DNA of 64,000 nt from a virus (taxonomy: Duplodnaviria; Caudoviricetes), in the IMG/VR virus record IMGVR_UViG_3300046710_000261, positions 1-64,000 of that record; one strand, given 5' to 3'. How positions within the stretch are numbered: the first letter of the stretch is position 1; each line of letters opens with the position of its first letter. Shown piece by piece: positions 19,567 through 28,950 of this stretch. The translations under genes and the position numbers were made by a program. Under the pieces are notes generated by a model. The model saw only the letters and a program-made list of their open reading frames with translations, made no database searches and was not told the origin of the DNA.

Positions 19567-21831
19567 TCATTCTCCACCTATTTTATGATTTATCTCATAA
19601 CCAGAATTTTTGAGCAATACTTCTTTCTCCGCTTCGATCAAATCATAGTCGTACATCATTCGTATCAATCCAGCAAAATCCAGTTTCGGTTTCCATCCCA
19701 ATACATTCTTTGCTTTTGATGGGTCGCCTAATAGATTATCAACCTCACTTGGCCTGAATAGTTTTGGGTCAATCCGCACATATTTCTGCCAATCCAATCC
19801 AGCATATCCATATGCCAATTCAACCAATTCCTGTATTGTGTGAAATTCACCTGATGCGATAACAAAATCATCGGGTGTATCATGCTGAAGCATAAGCCAC
19901 ATTGCCTCCACATAATCACCCGCATATCCAAAATCACGACGCGATTTCAAATTGCCCAGATATACATCATCCTGCAATCCCATTTTTATTCGGGCAGCAC
20001 TCGAAGTGACTTTCTTGGTAACAAAATTCAATCCACGGCGTGGACTGCTATTATGGACAATACCCAAACCAACACCACACATAAATTTACCACTATTGGT
20101 TTCTATATCATAAAACCATCCATCATGCTTTACCATATCAATTACTTTTTTGACTTCACTTCTATCCTGTTGAAAATGATGTCTGCCCTTGGGTATATAT
20201 CCATTTTTGACTTTACGGATAAATGTTCGCGTGATCCCTGTTTTTCGTGCCGTCTCTCTTTGACTGCACTGTTGATCAAGCATCAATTTCACTTTCGTAT
20301 ATCTTTCAGTTGCTGTTCGGGCATTCTGCCCTGTATTGCTATTGGATAGAAAATTGACAGAGTAATAGTAACTTATACCTGCACCTATATCTATATTTAT
20401 ATTATACTCCTGTTTCATCAGATTGTAAATCAAACACACCAATCCTGCAATCAAAACAGCACTACCTGACTTTACATTCTTAAATTCATATGACAGGCTA
20501 TGTCCTTTTTGTAGTCCTGCTGATTCATAATATCCATGAATAAATGCCAATTTTATTTTGCTGTTACTGTTCAAAATCTTCCATGGTATGCGTTTATATC
20601 CTTCTGTGGTATAGAAATCTTTACGCTGAAACTTTTTCCAGAAATCATCCATAGGGCTGATAGTCAAATACTTTTTCGTCTTCTCTTTTATATGTTTTTC
20701 CTTCACTTCACCCATCTGAAAATAATTGTTATATATGGTAGGGATAATTTGCCTATACTTTTCCAGCATGCGCATATCACTGTTACATAATGTAATAGTT
20801 TCATTCTCATTTATAGAGCCACAAGCAACAATAAATCCACATAACATGGCTTCATTCTCACTTACCCCTAATTCCTTCTCATATAAGACAGGATATTTAC
20901 CCAATAGTAATTTATCACCAACACCCGCGCCCATATCAATATTCATATCTTTACAGCGATTATTTAAATTAGTACGATGCCATATAATTTCCCCAGCCTT
21001 CTTCTCTCTATTATCATCCATATAGCATATATGATCATCACTCACAGAATAGACACTACCACGAGCATTTACAATCTTTACTTTCTTATCCATGTCATAA
21101 TGCATGGAAATCCCTTTTATACGTGACCAGTCATTTCCATCCCATACGGATACATTTCTATCTACAGTGTGATGTTGTGGATTATTATTATTTTGCCTAC
21201 AAGGTGAAATTAATTCCACTATATCTCGTATAGGAAGTATATCTATTATTTCAAGATTATTAATATGAAAAAATAAGGGCATTGAGGGATGAAGGCTATG
21301 GTTGAAAAGTATTCCTGAACTGGCAAATAGGTTAAATGCACGGCGATAATTTCGTGTTGTGTTATATGCAAATAATTTAGCGCATGCGTAGGGGGAGTTA
21401 GGTTCAAAGGGAGTATGCTCTGATTGAGGGGGGGAAATGGTGCCATACATTTCGCTTGATGATGCTTGATAAAAACGAGGGGCAAATTTAACCTTTCTTA
21501 TTGCTTCGAGTATGCGCAATGCGCCTATTCCTGTTATGTCACTTGTGTATTCAGGTGAATCAAATGAAATGCGCACATGAGATTGAGCTGCAAGATTATA
21601 TATTTCATCTGGATGAATGTCACTTATTAATTGTAACAGTCTAGCACTCTCACTCATATCACCAAAATGCAATATTAATTTTTCATTCTGATTTATATTA
21701 TACAGCCTCTCTAAATTAAATGTCGATGCGCGTCTTATCAGCCCATGCACTTCATATCCTTTAGACAATAATAATTCAGCAAGATAAGAACCATCTTGTC
21801 CTGTAATTCCTGTGATAAATACCTTTTTCAT
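19567..21831 (-). CDS. gmd: GDP-mannose 4,6-dehydratase interrupted by an intein
   Basis: ITGITGQDGSYLAE, LAAQSHV, QASSSE, SPYACAK, GILFNH|...|SPRRG.NFVT, RPSEVD.LLGD. Confidence 0.95.
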   Translation of the reverse strand: MKKVFITGITGQDGSYLAELLLSKGYEVHGLIRRASTFNLERLYNINQNEKLILHFGDMSESARLLQLISDIHPDEIYNLAAQSHVRISFDSPEYTSDITGIGALRILEAIRKVKFAPRFYQASSSEMYGTISPPQSEHTPFEPNSPYACAKLFAYNTTRNYRRAFNLFASSGILFNHSLHPSMPLFFHINNLEIIDILPIRDIVELISPCRQNNNNPQHHTVDRNVSVWDGNDWSRIKGISMHYDMDKKVKIVNARGSVYSVSDDHICYMDDNREKKAGEIIWHRTNLNNRCKDMNIDMGAGVGDKLLLGKYPVLYEKELGVSENEAMLCGFIVACGSINENETITLCNSDMRMLEKYRQIIPTIYNNYFQMGEVKEKHIKEKTKKYLTISPMDDFWKKFQRKDFYTTEGYKRIPWKILNSNSKIKLAFIHGYYESAGLQKGHSLSYEFKNVKSGSAVLIAGLVCLIYNLMKQEYNINIDIGAGISYYYSVNFLSNSNTGQNARTATERYTKVKLMLDQQCSQRETARKTGITRTFIRKVKNGYIPKGRHHFQQDRSEVKKVIDMVKHDGWFYDIETNSGKFMCGVGLGIVHNSSPRRGLNFVTKKVTSSAARIKMGLQDDVYLGNLKSRRDFGYAGDYVEAMWLMLQHDTPDDFVIASGEFHTIQELVELAYGYAGLDWQKYVRIDPKLFRPSEVDNLLGDPSKAKNVLGWKPKLDFAGLIRMMYDYDLIEAEKEVLLKNSGYEINHKIGGE
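20050..21297 (-). mobile_element. intein (416 aa) with degenerate LAGLIDADG endonuclease
   Basis: Starts SLHPSMPL, ends FYDIET...IVHN followed by Ser; LCGFIVACG and FIHGYYESAG blocks. Confidence 0.9.
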
Positions 21832-22061
21832 ATTTACATTACCTATTATATGTTTTTTATTTTCATTCAGATTTTCGTTCTATATATCCTGGATAACTGA
21901 TTTCCATATCATCTATAAAATAGGAAACAATATCATTATGATTTATTAAATGACTGTTAGGCGTGACCGTGACGTGATTTAAATCCTCATGTATATCAAT
22001 AATAAATCCTTCCTCAAATATATGTCTGCTTAAATGTATCCACTGATCCACATACCATCCA

Positions 22062-22280
22062 TTAAAATATAATATCTTTGTTTTCCGTTTCAATAGTGTT
22101 ATCGGGTCGAGTATTACCATTTCCGTTCTCCTTCTTTAATAGCATTGCAATATTCAGCATCCTTCTTAATATTTCATTCTTAGATGCACCTGTCTTTTGC
22201 GCCCTTAATTTAATAAACTCATCTTGGGCAGGAGTTATCAGAAACAAACATCTTACCATTTTTTGTTGACCTGTACTCAT
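22062..22280 (-). CDS. ribbon-helix-helix (CopG/Arc-like) DNA-binding protein
   Basis: VRCLFLITPAQDEFIKLRAQKTGASKNEILRRML pattern; AGGAGA SD. Confidence 0.75.
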   Translation of the reverse strand: MSTGQQKMVRCLFLITPAQDEFIKLRAQKTGASKNEILRRMLNIAMLLKKENGNGNTRPDNTIETENKDIIF

Positions 22281-22301
22281 AATCAAAATTTCTCCTATGA
22301 T

Positions 22302-22474
22302 ATACTATTATAGTATAGCACGTGATAGACTATCACCTTATATTACTATTTATAAAAACAATTCAGGAAAATGTCACACAGGGGTCAAAATGGCATTAAT
22401 TATCTTTTGTTGAAATCATTAAGGAATTTAATAATAGGGTAAAATAAAAAGTTCACACAGGGGTAAAATGCATT
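22302..22474. promoter_or_regulatory. palindromes and direct repeats upstream of RHH gene
   Basis: ATACTATtATAGTAT 22302-22316; GTGATAGaCTATCAC 22322-22336; TATAAATA on - at 22347-22354; TCACACAGGGGT(C)AAAATG(G)CATT at 22374 and 22453. Confidence 0.55.
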
Positions 22475-22481
22475 TTTTATA

Positions 22482-22510
22482 TTGACAATTGGTTTCGAGT
22501 ATGGTATAGT
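22482..22510 (+). promoter_or_regulatory. sigma70-type promoter facing the non-coding region
   Basis: TTGACA-17-TATAGT with TG extension. Confidence 0.75.
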
Positions 22511-22516
22511 ATAAGA

Positions 22517-22803
22517 GTAAGATGTAAGAAGGGGAATGAGCAGCGGCGCGTCCTCTGCATCAAAACCCCGAATGTGATGCCTCTGACATGGAAGATCAGA
22601 GGGAAATTTTATAGGGTGAAAATGGTGCATGCCCATAGGACACCCAAAAAATTAACCATATGATAAAGCCTAAGAATGGAGGACATCGTGCTGAAGTAAA
22701 AACAACTTACATTAAATTAGATTATAATAATTGACAGATTAGTTTATGATTAAAATGAAAAGCCCTTCCCTCGAAAGAGAAATTATGGAAGGGCTTTTCG
22801 CTT
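22517..22803 (+). ncRNA. candidate independently transcribed multibranch ncRNA
   Basis: Promoter, at least six nested stems, no substantial ORF, terminal hairpin. Confidence 0.6.
22757..22803. terminator. probable bidirectional intrinsic terminator
   Basis: GAAAAGCCCTTCC/GGAAGGGCTTTTC 13-bp stem with internal CTC-GAAA-GAG; lies between convergent units. Confidence 0.7.
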
Positions 22804-23334
22804 TTATAGATAAAACAATTTCCCACCTTTCACTTCAAACGGTTTTCGCTCTCCAATCTTTATAGCAGGAACCCCGCCCCATATTTCCCAGTTCGGAATA
22901 TCTTTAACTGCAACAGCACCCGCACCTAATACGGCCCCCTTACCTAAATGCACATCAATAAGCAAAACAGAATTTACTCCCATAAAAGAATAATCACCAC
23001 ATACAGATAATGATCTTTTTACATCTCGCAATTCATTGGGTGCTGCAGCACTCATAACACGACTACCCCGCTCCGTACCTGTGACTATTTTAGCACCCTG
23101 ACTCATACCAAAATAATTTCCTAAATGACATGTACCACCACCTAATACAGAACCGAATGATGGAATGTGAACATAGTCACCTATATATAAGCCAAGGCCA
23201 CCTTCTAATCTACAGAAACTATCTATGCGCACATGATCACCCAATGATATCATTTCAGGCTTTAATATTAATGCGTTATCATAGACAACACAATGATCAC
23301 CATGAAACTTAAATCTATTCATATCATATTCCAT
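22804..23334 (-). CDS. hexapeptide-repeat (LbH) sugar acetyltransferase
   Basis: LGDHVRID, IGDYVHI, LGKGAVLGAGAV..KDIP..WGGVPA. Confidence 0.9.
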   Translation of the reverse strand: MEYDMNRFKFHGDHCVVYDNALILKPEMISLGDHVRIDSFCRLEGGLGLYIGDYVHIPSFGSVLGGGTCHLGNYFGMSQGAKIVTGTERGSRVMSAAAPNELRDVKRSLSVCGDYSFMGVNSVLLIDVHLGKGAVLGAGAVAVKDIPNWEIWGGVPAIKIGERKPFEVKGGKLFYL

Positions 23335-23350
23335 TTTGTTATTCTCCTAT

Positions 23351-23542
23351 CTATAATTTAAACTCATTCATATCAATGCTGAAATTCATATACTCTGCAC
23401 ATACTATGTCCATATGTTTAACAGGACATGCGAATGGATAATCCCCCATTCTATTATCAGGGTGTCTATGTGGCTTTGCGCATATGCATGCATCCCTATA
23501 TCCACATTCAATATAATCACCACAGATAAATAATTTATTCAT
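23351..23542 (-). CDS. Cys/His microprotein with tag (type A)
   Basis: LFIC..PHRH; ends FSIDMNEFKL. Confidence 0.7.
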   Translation of the reverse strand: MNKLFICGDYIECGYRDACICAKPHRHPDNRMGDYPFACPVKHMDIVCAEYMNFSIDMNEFKL

Positions 23543-24473
23543 TGCTTACCCCACATTGTAGTATACTATAATTGTATATAATTTATTATCATTGTATGTT
23601 ATGCATAATTATGTATAATTATATGATTCGTTCTTTGTAATGCAATGCTTTATTATTCATCCCGTTTACCCCATATATATAAGGTAGGCAACTCAAACAT
23701 ATACATATATGGGGTAAGGGGAGGGGATATAGGGGTACTGTCCAGCAGCCCGTCTCATAATGGCCTTGTGCTGTATATAAAACCTTGCCGACACCCCTAT
23801 AAGCATGCTTAAATTCCCCCTGTCTCTTATGACCACTATAGTGCACCGATTGACTGGCATAATGCTTTCCACAACACTGCTTTCCACACACTTCTTTTCA
23901 TATACCAAAACTTATGCCCGTTTTCGCATTCTACATATTGGAATTTCTTATCTCCGTATATGTATAAATCTCTTTCTGTGTATAATTCTTTTGCTTTTAC
24001 TCTTATCTTACACTCGTGACAATATAATTTCATTGTACCACCCCTATATTATAAAATTTTTTCCCCCAATTTTTATTTAACCACCAGAACTTTTATGGTT
24101 CTAAGATCTAATTTTTTAATCGCTCTCTTTATTGTCCTGTATTTAAATCTCCCCTTCACCTGACTAGAGGTAAAGGCATCCTTCCAGGCAATTACATAAT
24201 ACCATCCCCGACAATAATCTACATCCAATACAATTTTCATTATGACACCCCTTTTATTCTGTTACCGCCTGTTGTATCACAGTTATCTTCCCTATTCTAT
24301 GGGGTGGATAATACATTCCCGCGATATAGAATCCTTTTGTTCCGATGTTTATGCATTCTTTTTTGGCAATCTCTTCATCATAACAAGTCCATGTCCCCAA
24401 TTCATCTTCATTATTATCATAGATTCTCAATACTAATTTCCATCCTGATTCAAGTTTCATTTTTATGACCCTC

Positions 24474-24677
24474 CTATATCTGGAAAATTTTTTTAGGAAA
24501 TTTTATTTTAAATTCGCTGTATTCTATACATTCTATTTTTTTGCCCAATGTCAAACAAGCGACAAAGGAATTGCCAGTCGCCAAACAACTGCTCGATTTA
24601 CGGTGTGGCTCTACATGGCTACATTCAAGCCGTCTTATTCCCTTACATTCCTTTCTACATGGACAGATATATTTCAT
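24474..24677 (-). CDS. Cys/His microprotein with tag (type A)
   Basis: YIC..CSHVEPH; ends FKIKFPKKIFQI. Confidence 0.75.
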   Translation of the reverse strand: MKYICPCRKECKGIRRLECSHVEPHRKSSSCLATGNSFVACLTLGKKIECIEYSEFKIKFPKKIFQI

Positions 24678-24874
24678 ATCGTAAATACCGTTTCATCAAT
24701 TTTATAATCTATCTGCTCTACACAAGTTGGATGCGATTTATTATCGTCATTGAATATTCCGTATACATAACATTCAGAATTGCATCCCATGGCCTTTTTA
24801 TGAGGAGTTTGATGGCCACATTTAAATTCTTTTATTAAGCGACAGTCCTTTGCTTTACTGCATATATAGTTCAT
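24674..24874 (-). CDS. Cys/His microprotein with tag (type A)
   Basis: YIC..CGHQTPH; ends YKIDETVFTI. Confidence 0.75.
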   Translation of the reverse strand: MNYICSKAKDCRLIKEFKCGHQTPHKKAMGCNSECYVYGIFNDDNKSHPTCVEQIDYKIDETVFTI

Positions 24875-25077
24875 ATTTTAAATACTCTTTCAGGTATCTC
24901 TATCTTGAAAGGTTTGTTATCAATACATCTTACAATTCTTCTGATGGTTCTACAATAAGCATCACAACTTCCAGAGATTAATTCATGTTCTTTATAGTGG
25001 CGGCAAGTCACGGGGCCAAAAGAAGTCTTGTATCTCCCACCACATTTTTTCCCCGCAGGGCAGATATATTTTATCAT
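24871..25077 (-). CDS. Cys/His microprotein with tag (type A)
   Basis: YIC..CRHYKEH; ends FKIEIPERVFKI. Confidence 0.75.
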   Translation of the reverse strand: MIKYICPAGKKCGGRYKTSFGPVTCRHYKEHELISGSCDAYCRTIRRIVRCIDNKPFKIEIPERVFKI

Positions 25078-25123
25078 CTTAATGCCTTCGTATTGTTGTC
25101 TTTTGTTCCTATGGAATAATTAT

Positions 25124-25333
25124 TCATATTTTAAACTCCTCCTCTGGTATTGCGAGATTTAATTCGGGTTCTTTTATGATAACACATCCAGTCCATGTTC
25201 CCATTTCATTACATGTCGCGCTAACAAAATTTCCAGTCGTGCCATAATGTATATGAGGGACCGCTCCATCACAATTTTGTTTTCTACATCTACCACTTTT
25301 GAATGCTTCGCATATATACCTTTTCTTTTTCAT
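25124..25333 (-). CDS. Cys/His microprotein with tag (type A)
   Basis: YIC..PHIH; ends LAIPEEEFKI. Confidence 0.75.
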   Translation of the reverse strand: MKKKRYICEAFKSGRCRKQNCDGAVPHIHYGTTGNFVSATCNEMGTWTGCVIIKEPELNLAIPEEEFKI

Positions 25334-25515
25334 ATTTCGAAAACCTCTTTAGGTATTTCAAATTTTTCTTTATGCTCAACACAGAAGGCATAGTGAGCAG
25401 GGATAGCATGATCACAATATCCTTCGGCGCATAAAATTTCCTTTTCATGCGGAACAGAATGAATGCATTTCTTTTTAAAGGAGCAACCAAAATTTCTACA
25501 CATGTATGCTTTCAT
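25330..25515 (-). CDS. Cys/His microprotein with tag (type A)
   Basis: YMC..CIHSVPH; ends FEIPKEVFEI. Confidence 0.75.
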   Translation of the reverse strand: MKAYMCRNFGCSFKKKCIHSVPHEKEILCAEGYCDHAIPAHYAFCVEHKEKFEIPKEVFEI

Positions 25516-25709
25516 ATTTGAAATTCTTCTTTCGGTATTTCGAGGTTGAATGGTACATAATCTTTACATGTAGTCTTCATCATAAATTTTCTGCAAGTGC
25601 AATGACAACCAGGAACAAAATCATGAGGAAGAAAATGAGGACATTTTCTTAAGTCTTCTACAAACATGCCATTGCAATATTTGGCTTGCGCACAAATCAT
25701 TTCTCTCAT
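25512..25709 (-). CDS. Cys/His microprotein with tag (type A)
   Basis: MIC..CPHFLPH; ends LEIPKEEFQI. Confidence 0.75.
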   Translation of the reverse strand: MREMICAQAKYCNGMFVEDLRKCPHFLPHDFVPGCHCTCRKFMMKTTCKDYVPFNLEIPKEEFQI

Positions 25710-25876
25710 ATTTCAAACTCCTCTTTTGGTATATTCAAATTAAGCATTATCTGGCATCTGATTATGGTTCCGTCACAGGTATGATCTGAACAGTATTTGT
25801 TATGCTCATGGAGTTTGGAATGAAAACAAGAACCATAATATCTACATTCTATTTTGAGGCATAGATATTTGTCCAT
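25706..25876 (-). CDS. 56-aa Cys/His microprotein with tag (type A; not in ORF track)
   Basis: MDKYLCLKIECRYYGSCFHSKLHEH...LNIPKEEFEI, translated by hand. Confidence 0.75.
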   Translation of the reverse strand: MDKYLCLKIECRYYGSCFHSKLHEHNKYCSDHTCDGTIIRCQIMLNLNIPKEEFEI

Positions 25877-26065
25877 TACATTTCTTCCTCCAATGCTTTC
25901 TCCATCGTTTTAAAGGCCAACCGCTTTCTCCATTATTATATCCACACTGGCATTCGGCTATATATCTATGGCAATCAAGACAGTATTCTTCATGGCCCGA
26001 ACAGTATGGGGTTTCACAGGGAAATGAATAATAATAATCTGGATTTATATGTTTATGTTTACATT

Positions 26066-26323
26066 TCATATCTTAAATTCTTCCTTCGGTATCTTGAAAT
26101 TGAATTCTACATATTCAATACATCTGACAATATCATCTCTTGATTTCGGACATTTTCTTTCTCCTATTACACACAAATGCATCATGAAGCCTGGGAGAAC
26201 ATCGTGACTATGAGGCAAAGAAAGTTTGCATATTGAATTTCCATCAAAAGTTCCAAAAGTTCTTTTTCCATCCGTTTTGCAGGTTTTGAGTTGATATGAA
26301 GAGCATATATACATTTTTTCCAT
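26066..26323 (-). CDS. Cys/His microprotein with tag (type A)
   Basis: YIC..PHSH; ends FKIPKEEFKI. Confidence 0.75.
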   Translation of the reverse strand: MEKMYICSSYQLKTCKTDGKRTFGTFDGNSICKLSLPHSHDVLPGFMMHLCVIGERKCPKSRDDIVRCIEYVEFNFKIPKEEFKI

Positions 26324-26607
26324 TATTCTATCCTGAATACATCTTCTGGAATTTTGTTTATATCAACTATTTCTATACAGGTCAACTTCTCTTCTAACTT
26401 AAAGCATTTCAATGTTACGGGCTTTTTTCCATAACAAAAAGTGCAATTATTCGCTAGTATATGAGGCGTACCATTGGAACACGGCGACCCGCGAAATAAA
26501 CCATCACACTTTTTTTCCAACACCGCCTGACATATTCTCTTTGGTGGCTCAACAATAGTGGCCCTCATTATTTCTTTTTTCGGTTTATCTTGGCCAAATT
26601 TTTGCAT
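26323..26607 (-). CDS. Cys/His microprotein with tag (type A)
   Basis: RIC..CDG..PH; ends KIPEDVFRIE. Confidence 0.7.
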   Translation of the reverse strand: MQKFGQDKPKKEIMRATIVEPPKRICQAVLEKKCDGLFRGSPCSNGTPHILANNCTFCYGKKPVTLKCFKLEEKLTCIEIVDINKIPEDVFRIE

Positions 26608-26615
26608 CTTATCTC

Positions 26616-26843
26616 CTATTCTATTTTAAATAATTCTTCTGGCAGTTTGATTTCAAGCGGGTCATATACCATATATATAACACCATTTATTTCATATGAT
26701 TTCCATTTCATAGAAATATCTCCCATCGGCGGAATTTCACATTCTTCTTTCGTTATTAGTTTTGGAAACGGAAAGTCTTTTCTCAAATTTTCAAAAACAT
26801 ATTCAAAAGAATGCTTATCCATCTTCAATATTCCTTTTGTCAT
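26616..26843 (-). CDS. tagged microprotein, non-Cys body
   Basis: Ends EIKLPEELFKIE. Confidence 0.7.
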   Translation of the reverse strand: MTKGILKMDKHSFEYVFENLRKDFPFPKLITKEECEIPPMGDISMKWKSYEINGVIYMVYDPLEIKLPEELFKIE

Positions 26844-27070
26844 AATGCAAACACATCCTTTGGTATATCCAATTTGAAATCAATATATTCCACACAATAT
26901 ACAAAATCACCATCTGTATTGCATTTAAGATGTTCCCTGCAAATAGGACAATAGGGCCAGAGTTCCATTCTATCGGTTGGTAGATGGGGTCTGCTATATG
27001 CGCATTCTTTCCCAAAAGATATTCCATTACATTTGTTATCTCTAAATTTGACGCAGATTTGAAATATCAT
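26840..27070 (-). CDS. Cys/His microprotein with tag (type A)
   Basis: QIC..CNG..RPH; ends LDIPKDVFAL. Confidence 0.7.
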   Translation of the reverse strand: MIFQICVKFRDNKCNGISFGKECAYSRPHLPTDRMELWPYCPICREHLKCNTDGDFVYCVEYIDFKLDIPKDVFAL

Positions 27071-28265
27071 CAGCCTTCTCCATTGTTGAACTTCTCCAAT
27101 TCTTATCCATTACTTCTTCTTCGAGACGCAGATCAAAATACTTTTTTGCTATATCAGGAAATCGTTTTTCTATATCGTCAAGATTTCGCCAGCGGTTTTT
27201 ATTGGTGTCTTTCATTGAAGGTCTTTCGCAAAATTGCCTGAAGGATTTTTTGGCAAAGTTCAAAACTGAATTTATCCATTCATCCATATGAGAATATAGT
27301 TTCCGATATGGTCCCGTCTTTGCATTCTTATATCTCATCAGGAAAGGAAGACATCCGTATTTCATTATGATATGTACTCTCTCAAAAGTATTCTCTATAT
27401 CCTTTTTCCAAAATGCTTCATCATACTTTCCTTCTTCATCAAATCCACAAAGGACAAATAGTTTTGTTTCATGGCGAGGACTGACATACTTTCTCCATAA
27501 TAGCAATTTCTTCTCTATGATTTCTCTTTCCCTTATATCATCAAATGCAAAAATGTAATGGCCCTCATACTTACAACTTGTTATGACCTTTGCTTTCTCG
27601 TCTGTCAGCATTCGAATATCCATTCCCTGTTTGAATTGGAATGATCTGCCCGTTGCAATCAATTCATCGAATACATCTTTCCAGTGAGCATAGCCAAGAA
27701 TGTTATCATCCCAAAGAGAAATTGCCCTCCGCGCAGGAACGAAAAATTCTTTTACATGGGTATGAAATTCAACCTTTCTATACTTTTGGTTTACACAGAA
27801 CGGACATTTACGGAAACATCCCCGCGTCATAAATCCTATTGAGTAGTCAGTATAATAATCCCAACTCCCTCTTCCGACTCTCTTTTCTCCCAGTTTTTTT
27901 CCTATAGGGTTTTTTTGGTTGCCCAGCCAATCATTATATAGATTATAGTCTGGCATATGATGTTCAATTTCATCAGGCAGATTTGGGGCCTTATCAAAGA
28001 AGAAACCCGTTCCGCCATATTCAACATTTGGCCTTTCTATTGGACTTGGTATAAGTACATTGCTTTGGGGGATAACTGTTTCGGTGAATACTTTTGATAT
28101 ATATACCTTATCGTATTTGTCAATTTGAGAATAATTCAAAAGCAGACTGACCCTATCTCCCTGTTCTTTATGGTGGCCTGATAGTTTCATACAAGCAAGG
28201 TTAGGAAAACTGTGACTTATTTTGTTATCCAATAAATCAGCATCTATAATACCTACGTTTTTCAT
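27042..28265 (-). CDS. radical SAM protein (copy 1)
   Basis: TRGCFRKCPFC (CxxxCxxC), WDDNI, QGMDIR; N-terminal FPNLACMKLSG domain. Confidence 0.85.
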   Translation of the reverse strand: MKNVGIIDADLLDNKISHSFPNLACMKLSGHHKEQGDRVSLLLNYSQIDKYDKVYISKVFTETVIPQSNVLIPSPIERPNVEYGGTGFFFDKAPNLPDEIEHHMPDYNLYNDWLGNQKNPIGKKLGEKRVGRGSWDYYTDYSIGFMTRGCFRKCPFCVNQKYRKVEFHTHVKEFFVPARRAISLWDDNILGYAHWKDVFDELIATGRSFQFKQGMDIRMLTDEKAKVITSCKYEGHYIFAFDDIREREIIEKKLLLWRKYVSPRHETKLFVLCGFDEEGKYDEAFWKKDIENTFERVHIIMKYGCLPFLMRYKNAKTGPYRKLYSHMDEWINSVLNFAKKSFRQFCERPSMKDTNKNRWRNLDDIEKRFPDIAKKYFDLRLEEEVMDKNWRSSTMEKADDISNLRQI

Positions 28266-28492
28266 ATTTTGAATACCTCATCTGGTATTTTGAATTTGTT
28301 AATTTCTGGAATAAGAATTATAAATTCATTTATACAAGAACAATGAAATCCCATTTTTGTTTTCTGTTCTCCATGGAGAAGTCTATTCAAAACCTCAAGC
28401 GACTGGTTTCGTCTATATATACAAATATCGTTATGACATATTTCTTTATGATCACAATAATGCATATTTTTATTTTTTATTATAAACATCAT
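28262..28492 (-). CDS. Cys/His microprotein with tag
   Basis: Ends FKIPDEVFKI. Confidence 0.7.
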   Translation of the reverse strand: MMFIIKNKNMHYCDHKEICHNDICIYRRNQSLEVLNRLLHGEQKTKMGFHCSCINEFIILIPEINKFKIPDEVFKI

Positions 28493-28719
28493 AATTCAAA
28501 TACATCCTTTGGTATATTAAATTCCTTATATTCTTGGCATTGTGGTTTTCTACAATTTTCGCGACACTCTGTTATTTCTCCTGGAAAAGCACAAAAATAG
28601 TTTGAGCCACAATCACCAGTATGTTGATGTGGAATGCTGTGTTTACATGGTGTGGTATTACAAATTCCAGGTATTGTCCCATTACATCCATATTTACATA
28701 TGTATAATTGTTCTTTCAT
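28489..28719 (-). CDS. Cys/His microprotein with tag (type A)
   Basis: YIC..CKHSIPHQH; ends FNIPKDVFEL. Confidence 0.75.
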   Translation of the reverse strand: MKEQLYICKYGCNGTIPGICNTTPCKHSIPHQHTGDCGSNYFCAFPGEITECRENCRKPQCQEYKEFNIPKDVFEL

Positions 28720-28949
28720 ATCTCAAACTCTTTCTTTGGTATTTTTAAGTCTATCTCAAATTTTTTAAATTCAACACAATAAACATCAGCATACATTATC
28801 TGACAATGTGTTTTCTGTCCAGAGTGTGGATGATCATGAGCAGAAGCCAATGGACATTTACGAGGATGATCGTAGTTGTATGATTTGCTATCAAATGCTT
28901 TTTCTCCATCACACTCATTATTTTGAAACATATTACATATGCATTTCAT
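28716..28949 (-). CDS. Cys/His microprotein with tag (type A)
   Basis: CIC..CDG..AHDH; ends LKIPKKEFEI. Confidence 0.75.
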   Translation of the reverse strand: MKCICNMFQNNECDGEKAFDSKSYNYDHPRKCPLASAHDHPHSGQKTHCQIMYADVYCVEFKKFEIDLKIPKKEFEI

Positions 28950-28950
28950 A

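Noticed and set aside
22731-22756. Second + strand promoter (TTGACA at 22731)
   Set aside because: No -10 box at 16-18 bp spacing.
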